This document shows positions 36,160 through 49,659 of a stretch of 64,000 nt of DNA, in pieces. The notes under the pieces are model-generated. The model was given only the letters and a program-made list of their open reading frames with translations, had not been told where the DNA came from and did no database searches. Each line of letters opens with the position of its first letter. The first letter of the stretch is position 1. The stretch is taken from the NCBI GenBank assembly GCA_013265495.1, contig MU058009.1:4096739-4160738 (forward strand), in the 5' to 3' direction. Made by a program: the position numbers and the translations under genes. The stretch is from Vicugna vicugna (taxonomy: Eukaryota).

Positions 36160-36695
36160 CTGATGCAGTAATAAAAATGATGGGGCCTGTAGTAGAGAGG
36201 GCAGGGAGGAGAAGACAGAATAAACACCAGGAAGTGATGCACTAAGGCTCGGGACCAGCCTGCAGGAGGGATCAGGGAGAGAAAGGGTGGCTGAAGTCCC
36301 AGACTCCTTGTTTAGGTGGCAGTTTGGAAGGGTTCGGGGATGCAGAAGGAGAAGGAGAAAGAAGACACCGTGAGGGGGAGTATGGAATTTAATTTTGCAC
36401 GTACTTTGCTGGGAGTGGCTGTGAGATATCAGGCTGTCCAGAGAGCAGGTGACATAACAGACCTGGAGCTCGGAAGGAGGGTCACCTGAAGATAAATTTT
36501 GGCGTCACGGGTGAATGGGACAGGTAAAGCTTTTCACAAAGGAGGGAGGCATAAAGTCCACAGAGATGGACCGAGGAAGCTGCCACTAGGACTCGAGGTA
36601 AGACTCCGAGAAGCGTACCTGACAAATGGTTTGGGGACTCAGAGAAAGGCCCAGAGACGGTGGTGTCCGTGGACCTGGAAGGGAATATTTTTAAG
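36160..36695 (-). mobile_element. L2 fragment
   Basis: gaatttaattttgcacgt ... ctgtgagatatc ... cctggagctcggaaggagggtc ... agataaattttggcgtca. Confidence 0.7.
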
Positions 36696-36705
36696 AAAGG
36701 ATATA

Positions 36706-37212
36706 GAGGTTGTGGTATATTTATACAGTGAAATACTACTCAGCCACAAAAAAAGAATGAAATAATGCCATTTGCAGCAAGATGGATGGACCTGGATGTT
36801 ATCATACTAAGTGAAGTAACCCAGAAATAGAAAGAAAAATGCCATATGATATCACTCATATGTGGAACCTAAAAAAAAATGACACAAATGAACTTATTTA
36901 CAAAATAGAAACAGACTCACAGACACAGAAAACAAATTTATGGTTATGGGGCGGGGCAGGAGGGGGCAGGGATAAGTTGGGAGTTTGGGATTTGCAAATA
37001 CACACTACGGTATGCAACATAGATAAACAACAAGGTCCTACTGTACAGCACAGGGAACTATATTCGATATATTGTGATAACCTATAATGAAAAAGAATAT
37101 GAAAAAATATATATACACATATGTATGTATAACTGAATCACTGCTGTACATCAGGAATTAACACAAGATGGTAAACTACCTATATTCATATAAATAATAT
37201 ATATATATATAA
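36706..37212 (+). mobile_element. 5'-truncated lineage L1 (ORF2 end plus 3'UTR)
   Basis: aataatgccatttgcagcaagatggatggacctgg; aaatgacacaaatgaacttatttac; cagcacagggaactatattc. Confidence 0.92.
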
Positions 37213-37555
37213 TAAGAAGAGGCGTATTAAAGAGGAACCACAATGCATCTCCTAGCCGTCATATTCAGACCGTCACAGACAAGATCGCCTTCCTCTCGTG
37301 ATGGAGGAGGAAGCACCCCTGGCACCTGCTGTCGGGTGAGAAGTGAGATCCGAGCACGTCTACCACGGACCATTCCTCTAGGACACTTCAAGAAACAGGG
37401 AGCAGCCAGTGGAGGACCTGGGAGAAGCAGAGTCGGGAATAAGGAGGATCCAGGAGAAAGTAATGGGAGTCGCCACAGGCAGGGCCAGCGCGCCCTGCAC
37501 GGGGGCAGCGTGGGGCGGCGGCCAGCGTCTGACTTGAGGACAGAGCTGCCTTGGT

Positions 37556-40500
37556 AACTCGGTGAAGGTTAGATTTACCTACCATAGAATTCATCCACTT
37601 GAGTGTAAAACTCAATTATTGATCGGTAAATTTGTCGAGTTTGCAGCCATCACCCCAATCCAGCTGTAGATCATTTCCGATCACTCCAGGAAGGTCCTCG
37701 TGCCTGTCTGCAGTTCGTCCCTTCGACCGCTCAGCTCTGGGCAGCCACTGAGCTGCTTTCTGTGTCTCTGTGTTTTCCTTTTCTAGGTATTTGATACACA
37801 TGGGATTATAGAATATGGAGCTTTTGCACCTGGCTTCCTTCATAATGTTTCTGAGGTTCGTGCGTGTTGAGGCATGTGCCATGTCATTCACCCCTTTGTG
37901 TTGTTTAATCATATTCAGTTGTAAAGATGTGACACATTCGCTTGTTCACTCGCCAGTTGTTAGGCATTTGGATAGTTTCTGGATTTGGGCTGTCATGGAT
38001 AACACTGCTGTGGACATTCCCCTACTTGGCTGTACGTGAGCACGTGTTTTCATGTCCCTTGTGGAGGTGCACAGAGGTGGAACCACGGGGTCATATGGTA
38101 AGCTTATTTTTAACTTGCAGAAAACCTGCCAACTTGTTTCCAGGTGGTTGTAACCATTACATTTCCACCAGCAGTTCACTGAGTTCTCCATTTTCTCCAC
38201 ATCTGCACCAACACTTGCTTTTATCTCCTTTTGAGTATAGCCTTTCTTGGGAATATGTGGACCCCAAGGGGCATCTCCTTGTGGTTCTCATTTGAATTTC
38301 CTTAATAACTAATGATGTTGAACATCTTTTCACTGTTGAATACCTTTATATATCTTCTTGGATGAAGAGTTTCTTCAAATCATTTGGCAATTTCTTATTC
38401 ATGCTGTTTACATTCTCACTAAGTTATAGGAATACTTTATACATTCTAGGTTCAAGTCCTTTATTACATGTATGATTAGCAAGTATTTTCTCCCAGTTTC
38501 TGACTTGTCTTTTCATTTCCTTAGTGGTGTTTTTTTTTAAACAATACTTTTCATTTTAATGAAGCCCAATTTATTTTTTTTCTATTTTACAGAACTTTGT
38601 TTTGCTGTTGTATCTAACTTTTTGCCCAATCTAAGGTCATGAAGAATTTCTCCTATGCTTTTGTCTAGAAATAGCACAGTGTCTTAGTTCTTACTTAGAT
38701 GTGTGACTCCATTTGGAGTTATTTTCTGTGTAGGATGTGAAGTAAGGGTTTAAATTCATTTGTATTCGCATGAATACTCAACTGTTCTAGCTCCATGGGT
38801 TGAAAATACTTTTTCTCCCATTGAATCATCTTAGCACTTTTGTCAAAATTCAACTGACCCCAGATAGGATTTACGCCTCTTCTTTTCTTCCTGTGAGTGA
38901 AATTTATTTCTGGGATCTCAGTTCTATTCCATTGATCTAAATGCCTATCCCTGCACCAGTATCACACATCATTGATCCCTGCGCCTTTATAGTAAGCTGG
39001 GTATCAGGCAGCGTAAGTCCTCCAACGTTGATCTTCTTTTTCAAAATTGTTTTTGCTCCTCTACACCCTTCGCATTTCCATATATAGTTTAGAAACAGAT
39101 TGTCAATGGATACCAGCCTGCTGAGATTTTGATAGGGACGGCACTGAATTTATAGATCAATTTGGGGAGAATTGCCATCATGACAATTTTGAATCTTCAA
39201 ATCCATGAACATGGAATGTCTCTCTGTTTATTTAGATCTGTTTTAATTTCTCTCCACACTGTTTTATAGTTTTTGGTGCAGACATTTATTCCTAAGTATT
39301 TTATTTTTTTTATACTATTGGGAACGAAATTGTCTGAGTTTCGTGTCTGGCTTGTTGGTGGTTTGTGTAAAAAATTACAATCTATTTTTTGTTTATCAAT
39401 GCTGTTTCCTGTGAGCTTGCAAAGTGGTTTATTCGTTCTGATAGTGTCTTTGTGAATTCTTCAGAATCTTTATATTCAGGCTTCTGTCACCTATAAAGAC
39501 AGTTTTATATTTCTTCCTTCTCAACGTAGGTGTCTTTCTTTCTTTTTTTTTTAAATCTCTCTTTGCACTGAGTAGAACCTCTGGTTCAGTGTTGAACAGA
39601 AGTGTCAAAGTCAGACATCCCTGCCTCCTTCCTCATCTTAGGGGAGAGACGCTGAGTCTTTCATCATGACTAAATGATGCTGGCTGTGGATTTTTCACAG
39701 ACGTCTTTGTCAGCTTGAGGATGGTTCTTTAGAATCCTCTAGGTTGAGAGTCTTTATCATGAATGGGCGTTGAATTTTATCAGATATGTTTGTTGAGATG
39801 ACCGTGTGGCTTTTGTGTTTATTCTGATACATGATGCATTTCATTAATTGATTTTCAGACACCAAATCAAGTTATCACTTCTGTGGTAAGTCCTGCTGGC
39901 ATTGGTGTGCAATTCTCTTTGTATATTCCTAGATTCAGCTTACTAATATTTTTAAAAGAGTTTTTCATTTGTATTCATGAAGGATATTTATCTGTAGTTT
40001 TTGTGGTTTTTCTTGTGATTTTTTTGGGGGGGTCTGGCTTTGATACCAGGTAATCCTGGCCTTATAGCATGAGTTGAGAAGTGTTCCATCTTTCTCCATA
40101 TTTTAAAATAAGTTGTGAAGAATTAATATTTTTCTCTTTAAAATATTCTGTAGGGTTCACCTGTGAAACCACATGGACTGTTTTATGGGGAGATTTTTAA
40201 ATTATTTACTTAATTGCTTGATTTAGTTCTATTCATATTTTTCATTTCTTCTTGAGTCAGTTTGGTAACTTGCGTCCTTTTAGGAATTTGCCCATTTCGT
40301 ACAAATTGTCTAATTTGTTGGCATAAAATTGTTAATTGTATTTCCTTCTAATCTATTCATAGTCATATAATCTTAGGGTCTGTAGGACTATGTCCTTTTA
40401 TTATATTTTGGTAATTTTTGTTCTCTCTTTTTTCTTGGTTGCTCTAACTAAGATCTGTCGATTTTGCTGACCTTTCAAATAACTAATTTTTGTTTCACTG

Positions 40501-43479
40501 GATTTCTCTGTTGTTTTTCTTATTCTGTATCATTGATTTCCCCCCAAATAATTATCATTTCTCTTCTTCTGTTTAATTTTGACTTAGTTTTCTCTTCTTT
40601 TCTAGTTTCTCAGCGTGGAAACTTAGGTCAGTGACTTGAGACTTTTCTTCTTTTCTAACATAGGTGTTTATAGCTATAATTTTTTTTCTCCGAGTACTGC
40701 TTTTACTGTGTCCCATAAATTTTGATGTGTTGTATTTTTGTTTTCATTCAGGTCAAAATCTTTTGTTTTTTCTTGTTATTTCTTCTTTGATCCATGCATT
40801 GTTTATAAGTGTATTGCTTAATTTCCCCAAATCTGGGGATTTCCCAGATTTATTTCTGTTGTTGATTTAGAGTTAATTATGTCATTATTGGAAACATGCT
40901 TTCCATGAATCAATCTTTTTAAATATTGAGCCTTATCTTGGTCCACCATATATTCGATATGAACTTCATTATGAAATGTCTCTTTTGGTCTTTGATGATG
41001 ATTCTAGCCATAAAGTCTATTTTGCCTGATATCAAAACGCTTCCTTTCCAATCTGGATGCCGTCTTTCTTATGGTTACTGCTTGTGTGATATATATACAT
41101 AAACAAACATGTATACATATTTTATCCTTTTGCTTTCAACCTATTTGTGGCTTTGAATCTAAAGTGCATCTCTGTAAGACAGCTTCTAATTGGGTCTTAC
41201 TTTTTGTTATCCAGTATGATCATTTCTGACTTTTGATTGAGATATTCATGCCATTCATATTGACTTGTCATTATTTTCGTGATTGGATTTACATTTGACA
41301 TTTTGCTATGTGTTTTCTTTATGATTCCTGTCTTTTAAGGCCCACTGTTTCTTTGAAATTAACTTCTTTTTGTTAAATAAATAATTGTAGTGTCTCATTT
41401 TAATTCTTCTACTGAGATTTTTATCTGTGGGTTTGAGTTGTATTTTTATTGGTTGCTCTAATAATTTTACTGTTCAGTTTAGCTTATCACAGTCTGCCTC
41501 AGATAAATGTTAACTAAATCTGGTCAAATACAGGAAACTCCGTGAAAGCTCTATTTTCTTCCTTTTTTTGTGCTATTATTGTCAGATCCATTATATCCAT
41601 ATATGTTATAAACACAGCAATAAATACTATAATTTTTGCTTTATTCATGTCTATATTTTAACAATGTTAGGGAATAAATTAGAAAGCAATTATGGAAACA
41701 TTTACACGATCTACACAGGCACCCTCTCTTACATTCTTCCTTTCTTCCCGTGAATGCAAGTCACCATCTGGTCATTTCTTCTCATCCTGAAAGACACTTT
41801 TTCAGTTTTGCTTGTGGGATAGCTTAGCTAACAGCAAGGGGCTTATCTGAGAACACCTGCATTTCACCTTCACATTGAAGGGGGGACCTGCAGGCTGCGG
41901 GGCTCCTGGCGAACGGTGTTTGTTTCCTTCTGCGCCTCCATCGTCTCAGGTGAGAAGTCCGCCTTCGCCTCGTCGCTGCTTCCCTCAGTTTTCTTTGCTG
42001 CTGTCGAGCTTCTTCTTTCTCTTTGGTTGTAGTAGTTTGACTGTCGTTGTGTCTGGAGGTGGCTCTGTTTGTAGCTAGCCTCCTTTGGATTTGTAGAACT
42101 TTTGAGATTTGTAGGTTAATGTTGTTCATCAGCCTTGATAAGTTTTCCCAGTTATTTCCTTGAATGGATTTCCTGATTCTTTCTCTCCCTCTCCAGAGAC
42201 TCCCACTATGTATATGTTCATACATCTGTTTCCCCTCTCTGTTTTTCAGATGGAATATTTTCTATTTTTCTGTTCCCACGTTCACTTAGCCTTTTCCTTT
42301 TTTTTTTTTTGTCATCTCAAATCTGCTATTATCCTCAAGTTAAATTCTCATTATATACTTTTCTACTCTAGAGTCTGCATTTGGATCTTTATAACTGATG
42401 TTTCTGTTTGGAAAATCTACTTCCTGATGTATTGCTGTCATACCTTGATTACAAAAACATGGTTTCCTTTGTTTCTTAAATATATTTATAAGAGTTGCTT
42501 TGAAGTTGTGCTAAACTCAACATCCGGGGATGCTCAGAGAGTTTCGATTGCCTGCTTTTTTGTGAGTGTGGGTCACAATTTCCTGTTCCTTTGTGCATCT
42601 GATAAATTTTTTGAAGTGGGAGTTCTAGATACTACGCTGCAGCAGATCTGGACCCTGGGTCCCCCTTCTCCTCTGCTGAAGGCGGTTGTTTTGGCTATTT
42701 TTCATCTGTTTCTTTGTTTAGAAAATTGGCTAGAATAATCTGTGAAATCTGGCCTCTCTGCTGTGCAGTGTGCAGTCACTAATATTTATCCTCATATTTT
42801 TAAAAACAAATCTCTCTGTTTGAATTTTTAAGCCTGGCCTCCTCTAGCTGCCTCTGGGTCTGTGGGGCCACGCTGTCAGCCAGCGGTTGAACGGAGGTTG
42901 CACGCCCACACCCGCAGCCAGGAAGCCCTGTGCTGGCGGGTCAGCGCCTTGGCAGGGGCGCACATTCCGAGCTCGGGCCATTCTCAGACTGTCCTGATCT
43001 TACCTCCTGCTCAAGTTCAAGCTCAGAGTCCGTAAAGAGCGGGCGGCGGCTTGAGTGCTTTGCAGGCTGTGCTGTACACACGTGGGGACATCACACTGCT
43101 CGCCCCGCCCTGATCCTGGGAGGAACGACGTTTCCCGAGAGTGTCATTTCTGCCAGCTGTAGTGACAACAGCGTCTCCCTCAGCTCCAACTCAGCTGAGC
43201 TCCTTGGACCGCAGCGTGGAGCTGCTCATCCCCAGGGCCTGCCCTGTCCCGGCAGAACGTCCACGCGCCCGGGCCGGGGTGCGGGCAGGACGCCAGAGCC
43301 CCGCACCTCTGCACAAGGTCAGCAGCGTTATGTGGATACCTGCTTCTCAGATTGTTTCTGTCTTTTCTCATTTTCCACATCACTTTTATGGTTGTTTTTG
43401 TCAGTTGTGCTCGACTTCATAGTCCATTGTTTTGTGGACAGAGTATTTGCCGGTCTCCTTTCTTGGCAAGAGCCAAGTC
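37556..43479 (-). mobile_element. Near full-length, internally deleted ancient L1 (L1MB-like): 3'UTR at left, ORF2, ORF1, 5' end at right
   Basis: L1MB-type 3'UTR at 37.56-38.1 kb; continuous T-rich antisense ORF2; ORF1-like peptide ENLSRLMNNINLQISKVLQIQRRLATNRATSRH (41824-42225); L1M 5'-end-like text near 43.4 kb. Confidence 0.88.
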
Positions 43480-45219
43480 ACTGGGTTTCCGTTAGTCCTG
43501 TTCTCAGAACTTTCTATGTATGACTCCGGATGGTGTTTCTCCAGAGCCCACATGACGTTTGTCATCATGCTCTCTAAAGCTGTAAGTGGCGTTCTGGCCC
43601 AACGTGCCCCTGCGAAGACACTGCCTGCACCTTCGGCCAGTGGTCAAGATCTCATCTAAGAGCCTCACACCCCTTACCTTCCAAGGTGCTGCCTTCGACT
43701 GTGAAATATAATCAGAGGCTTGCAAATGTTGGGTAGGACGAAGACAATGGTAGTCCCCAGTCTAAGCATCTCTTGAATTCACTGGTTAAACTCAGGAAAG
43801 ACATTCCACAGGCAGCTTTTGCCCTGAAACTGCCATGAAGACGGGATTCTGGAGGTGCACTGAGTCGCGTAAGGCAGGGAGATTCTGAGAAAATGTGCAT
43901 CGTGGTCCTTTAAGATTTGAAAGCTGCAATCCAGGGGCTGTTAAGACCTTCCGCTGGCGATAATTGGATTTGTAAGACAGTGCAACATGTGATAGAAATG
44001 CTCCTGCTGGATGGGGTCCCAGTTTTCTTCTCTCCTTCCTATTAATGTGATAAATGCTGCTGTCTCGGCTGATAGGGCCATGTTGGATAATCAGATTTGG
44101 AATCAAGTTTGAGTTCCTCAGGCTGGCTTCATGGGAAGCTCGTGGGAAGACTTGAAAAAAATACTGTAGAAAATGAAAGGGGGCGGGGGCGGGTGGCAGA
44201 GGGGAAATGTTACTGGCACTATGAGGCCCCGTGGCGCGGGGGGGACTCCTGCGCCGAAGGCGGAGGCCGCGTGCTGGCGCCTCGGCGTGCCGTGTCCCAG
44301 GGAGGCTGCGGGACAGCATCTCCTGCGCCAGCAGGCACCTGCCGGAGTGGGGGCGGGGGAGGAGACAGCAGCATCTCCACGTGGGTGTTGGGCCAGGGAA
44401 GAGCCAAAATAATGTTGGAAAATTAAACCTCTCTTAATTAAAGCTGATGGCAAACAAACTCGAGTAATATGGCACTACAGCTGAGAAACAGAAGTATGAT
44501 TTGAAACCGAACAGCTGTGAAATTGGGCGCGCTGGTCACAGCTGGGTCTGTGAGGACAGACGCCCTGGCAAAGGCGTTCCCCTTGCCTGTCCATCTGGAG
44601 GATGGACAGGGCTATGGACAGGCAGCCAGGCTGCCTTCTCCCCTGACTTTCAAGACAGTATATGCCGCCCGGACACCCAGCTTTCTGCATTTCTGGACTC
44701 GTGGGGTCTCCTCGCCGGTACACCCCTCTGTCCTGCAGGCTTGTTTAGGATTTTTCCCCTGAAGTGCACAGCCTCATTGTGAGTGCTGGAACTGAAGAGA
44801 CTCAGAGAGGGGAGAAGAGAATTCATTCTATATTTTTAAAACTTTTTATCTATTTATTTTCCTAAAGACCCCCAGGCTGTGCCCTTCACCGCTGGTTTGA
44901 CCCACTGGTCAGTTCCTGCCGCTCTGTTCCTGACCATTCTGTCTGAAAAGCCCTGTGTGGGGCCAACCCAGAGCTGCCGCCTCACTGGCGGAGGACTGTC
45001 CAGACACGGTCCGTCTGCACTCACGTGGGATGTGTGTGCTCCGGGCTTTCCTGAAGTTGTCACCTTCTGACTCGTCACATTCTTCACCTCTGAGGCATGT
45101 GGGTTTCACTGTCTTTTGAATATTTAGATCAGGCCTCTTTTTCCCACTTGTCCCCCACATTTGGTCGATCTTTTCAGAAGGCTGAAAATGACCCACAGCA
45201 GTGTGGACTGACCATCACG

Positions 45220-45604
45220 TGTGCGTCAGGATGGGCTAGACTATGCTGCAGAAATAAATACGCCCTTAGATCTTAGAGACTGAATGTAATACGGTTAGTT
45301 CTCACTCCTTTTACTGCTTGGGGCAGGTTGCAGATACCTACCGAGCATCTCTCCCCTAACTGGGCCTTCTGCTTCTTTTTCCTGGTGGCACTGCCATCGT
45401 GGAGGTCCGTGGCATCTGGCCACAGATGACGGAGTGTACAAGACTGGGCAGTGGGAGGATGTGGAAGGGGGAGCAGGACGTTTCCTGGCATTTGTCCCCA
45501 TAGTGCGTTGTCTAGTAGTCGGTCAGTGCTGTCGGCCTCCCTGCAAGGGAGCCTGGAGAATGGAGTCTTCCCGCACGTCCAAGACTCGGCCGGTCTCTGC
45601 CGCA
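45220..45604 (-). mobile_element. MLT1J/K-like MaLR solo LTR
   Basis: gtcaggatgggctagactatgctgcag start; ctgcaagggagcctggagaatggagtc; gtctctgccgca end. Confidence 0.8.
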
Positions 45605-45749
45605 CCTTAAATGCTAACACCGGTCTGTCCGGTTGTCCAAGTCTCAGCGCCTGGGCTTGAAGGAGCCTTTGGAAGCAATTTAGTGACTTTTCTATCTGTG
45701 TCGAAAATCCCTTAGACCTTTGCTTCTGAAAATGTGCTCCTGGGACAAG

Positions 45750-46066
45750 TGTGGTCCTCGTGTGTTCCCTGGAAACTTGTCCCCTGGGAACTCGTCAGAT
45801 GTGCGAGTTCCCAGGCCTCCTTCGACACACTGTGTCAGGAATTCCGGGCCTGGGGCCAAGCAGTCAGTGCTCCAATTCTGATGCCCCCTGAAGTCTGAGG
45901 GCCCCAGTCCTTGACCATCAGTCCTCACTCGGCCCTGGCCACTCACTGGGGTTGCCTGGGGAGCTTGAAACAATACTGACCACCGGGTCCACATCCAGAA
46001 GCGTCTGGTTAAACTGGCTAGGGTGTGGCCTGAGCCAAGGATGTGAGCCACCGACCCAGGGTGATG
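45750..46066. mobile_element. Two adjacent MER5-type DNA transposons (about 45750-45908 and 45919-46066)
   Basis: ctgggaactcgtcagatgtgcgagttcccaggcc ... attctgatgccccctgaagtctgag; cctggggagcttgaaacaatactga ... gggtgtggcctgag. Confidence 0.7.
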
Positions 46067-46239
46067 TTGGAGGAATCCTTTCTTCCCCTGGAGTTTTCCA
46101 TGAAGGTGGATTCCACGTGGCCTCGGTGGCACTTCATAGCCACTCAGAGCCTGTGGGAGTGATGACACTTCATGCCTTAAGCACTTCCTCTTCCCTTTCA
46201 ACTGGAAGCAACCGCCCAGCTTTGCGCAGAGTGAGGACA

Positions 46240-46445
46240 CAGATAGAGATTTGGGAACTTAGAGATGAAATTCTGACCGTGTCGTGGACTCATCCTGTGG
46301 CCTTGGGCGAGTCCATTAATTTCTCTGTGTCCTGTGTCTGTCAAGTGGGCGTGGTTGCACTTGCCCGCAGATGTTGCCAGCATTATCTAATTAACGCGCG
46401 GAGGGTGTTGGGGAAATCCAGAGCGCTGTACAAATGCTAATCATG
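46240..46445 (+). mobile_element. MIR SINE
   Basis: ctgtggccttgggcgagtccattaatttctctgtg; agcgctgtacaaatgctaat 3' end. Confidence 0.7.
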
Positions 46446-47931
46446 GTGATGAATGCAGCGCATTTGCTGATACAAAGTGCTGTGTATATGCTCATAATCA
46501 TTGTAATTATTGCTAATACCACTAATATTGCTGCCACCGCTGCACTGCCCTTGCGGTGGGAGCTCAGAGTGTCCTTTGGGTTCACATCTTGCCCCGCGTT
46601 GTCAGGAAGTCGTGCTCAGCAGCTGCTGCTGACCAGTGCTCTCCACCTCCTGGGAGAGTGTGACTCCTCAGGAGAGCAAGTCGTCATGTACCCAGACCAT
46701 TGTGGGGCCCACTGACGAGATGCCCCTGACTCCTGGGTCATTGCCGGACCATGCCGCAGAAGCGCCCCTTTCGGTGAGGGAGGCGCCCGGAATGTGGAGG
46801 TCAGCGATGCTTCCTGCCGTTTTCATTAGAGGCAGTTTTATTTCCCTTCGACTGCTGGTCTTTTATCTACGGTGGCTCTGCCACCTGCTTTCACATGGTG
46901 GTAAACGTGCTGAAGGAGATCCTGGCGTGTGTTGGAGACTGTGACAATTCACAGATACTATCAGCAGCAGTTGGTGCTGAGAACAGGACAACTGTTTTCG
47001 CTTCGTTCCGTTTTGGGCTTGGATTTGGATTGGGAGGAGGGGCCGTGGGGAAAGGCAGTTGGGTCTCCGTTTTCATTTCTCAAGAAGGAAGTGGTGCTGA
47101 GAACTGTGGCATTGATTCCAGCAGAGACAGCTGGGAAGAAGAATCAATAGATGGCATTAGCACACAGTTAGCAGCGTAAACAAAGGCGGGTGCCTCAGAG
47201 TCATGGCCATCCTGACTTCCGTTTCCTGGTCATCAGCCACGGGCGTCTGGGCTGCCTGGACCTCATCCACACCCCTGCTTCCTGACTTATTCACAGCAGA
47301 ACGGGAATGAAGCTGACAAACTCATCCAGGTAATTAGCCCAGCTTAGTCCAAGGCCTTGGAGAAAGTGTGGAGTTGCTCAGGGGCCTGCCGTGGACCCCT
47401 GTCGTCACACCGTTTCCAGTCCCTGCCGGCTGCCTGTCCTTTCGTCTCGGTGAGGACACACAGGATCACTGAAGTGTCACGTTTCTTAGCTTCAGGCTGG
47501 AATGACATCAACCCAGTGGGTCAGTGCCGATTGTCTTACGCTGATCAGAATGACATAGGTGTCTCGGATAAATAAAAATGTGAAAAAAAAAGCATCACCA
47601 CTTTATACCCACCCAGGTTTCTGACCTACATCAGTTTCCCTTTCTTTGAAGAACTCCTTTGAACATTTCTTGCAAGGCAGGTCCACTGGCAACAGATACC
47701 CTCAGTTTTTGATGGTTTGAGAGAATCTTTATTTCTGTTTCACTCTTGAAAGTTCACGTTGCTAGATGCAGGATTCTGGGTTTGGTGGTCCTGTCAGCAC
47801 ATGAAACACTTCCTTCTACCCCTCTTGTCTGCACGTTTTCTGAAGCACAGCCCAGTGCAGATCTTACCCCTGCTCCTCTCTAGGTGAGATGCACCTGCAT
47901 CCCTGCCCCCACTGGTTTCTTTCAAGAACTT

Positions 47932-48116
47932 AGATTCTTTGTACAGCACAGGGGTAGATTCAACACCCTATTGATACTGAATAAGCCATAATGGAAAAGA
48001 ACCTGAAAAATAATGTGTGTGTGTGTGTGTGCGTGCATGTGTAAGACTGAATCACAATGCTGTACACCTGAAACTAACAAAACACTACAAATCAACTATA
48101 CTTCAATTAAAAAAAA
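47932..48116 (+). mobile_element. Short lineage L1 3'UTR tail nested in L1MC
   Basis: gtacagcacaggg, gctgtacacctgaaactaac, aatcaactatacttcaattaaaaaaaa. Confidence 0.88.
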
Positions 48117-48741
48117 GCCATTTTCAGTTCTTCTGTGCAGTTTCATTATGATGTGCTAGGTGTAGACTTTCGGGTGTTCCCTGAGCCTCCTGGATCTGTG
48201 GCTTGGTGTCTGTCATCCGTTTGGGGAGATTCTGTCATTATCACTTCATGCGTTTCTCATGTTCCTTTCCCCTTCTCTTCCTCCTCCTGGTGCCCCCGCA
48301 CACAGAGGCTACAGCTTTCGTAGTTGTCCCATCATTCTTAGACATTCTGGTTCTTTCTTCTTAGTTTCCGCGTTTACTTTAACTTACACATGTTGCTAAA
48401 AGCACTTGAAATTTTGTACATTTTAAAGGTAATTACATTTTATTTTAATGTCTTTTTTTGGGCTGTCCTCTTTCTGTGTCAGTTGTGGGGGTTTCCGTAA
48501 CATGTCTCCACGTGCGCTGATCTTTCCTGAGCTGCGTCCCCTTTATGGATGAGCCCGTCAGTGGCATCTTCACTTCCCTTGTGGTGGTTTTGATCTCCAG
48601 TGTTTCCTTTTGATTCTCCCGTAGAGTTTTCACCTCTCTGCTCACGTTACCCATCTACCCTTGCATCTTGCCCACTTGTGCCTTCTGAGCCCTGAGAATA
48701 TTTATCACAGCTATTATATATCTGTCTCTCTATCTATATCT

Positions 48742-49395
48742 ATAATTGAAGTATAGTTTCTGTTCAGTATTATGTTTCCGGTGCACAACATAGTGATCCA
48801 CAAGTTTTAAAGGTCAAACTCCATTTGCAGCTATAATAAAATATTGAATGTATTCTCTGTGTGGCACAGTATCCCCTTGTAGCTTATTTTTATGCCAAGC
48901 GGTTTGTACCGCTGAGTCCTCTCCCCGCACCTTGCCCCTCCCTGCTTCCCTCTCCCCACTGGGAACCGCTGGTTTGTTCTCTGTATCTGTGGGTCTGCTG
49001 CTTTTCTGTTATATTCACTATGTGTATTGTTTAGATTCCACGTCTAAGTGGTGTCATATAGCATCTGTCTTTCTCTGTCTGACTTATTTCACTTGGCCTA
49101 ATGCCCTCCAAGTCCGTTCATGTTGCTGCAGATGGCAAACTTTCGTGGTATTTCCTTGTGTGTGTGTGTATACATACATACATACATACGTGCATACATA
49201 TGGACTCTTAGGGTGCTTCTGTATCTTGGGAATTATAAATAATGCACTATGAACATCAAGGTGCATGTATTTTTTTAATTAGTGTTTTGGATTTTTTGGG
49301 GTTTTTTTGGATCTGTACTCAGGTGTGGGACTGACAGGAATGTAAACTGGTGGAAAACAGTACGGTGGTTTCTCAAAAACCTGAAAATAGAACTA
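48742..49395 (-). mobile_element. Nested L1 3' end with a short 5' inversion (49334-49395)
   Basis: Antisense 3'UTR/ORF2 end from attgaagtatagtt to caggtgtgggactg, then sense ORF2 piece ggaatgtaaactggtggaaaacagtacgg...aaatagaacta. Confidence 0.85.
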
Positions 49396-49659
49396 ATCAT
49401 AATTGTGATAAATTCCCATTCTGGTAATTTCGATGCTCTCTGCTGCAGCCTCAGTCTGGTTCTGATGCTTGCTCTGTTTCTTCATACTCTGTCTTTTGTC
49501 TTTTAGCATGTCTTCAGTATGTGTTATAATTTTTTGCTGAAAGCCTTACCGGATACACGGGTAACAAGAACTGAGGTAAACAAGTGTCTGGTGTAAGGCT
49601 CTGTGTCCATCTGGCCAGGGCTTCAGCACTGCTCACCCTTTCCTGAAGCTACAGGTGTC

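Noticed and set aside
42160..43523. Hydrophobic 192-aa and 197-aa + strand ORFs
   Set aside because: Antisense reading of T-rich L1 ORF1/5'UTR sequence
46895..47179. 94-aa + ORF and a minus-strand acceptor-like site followed by a roughly 55-codon open frame
   Set aside because: No recognisable homology or supporting neighbouring exons; within chance expectation
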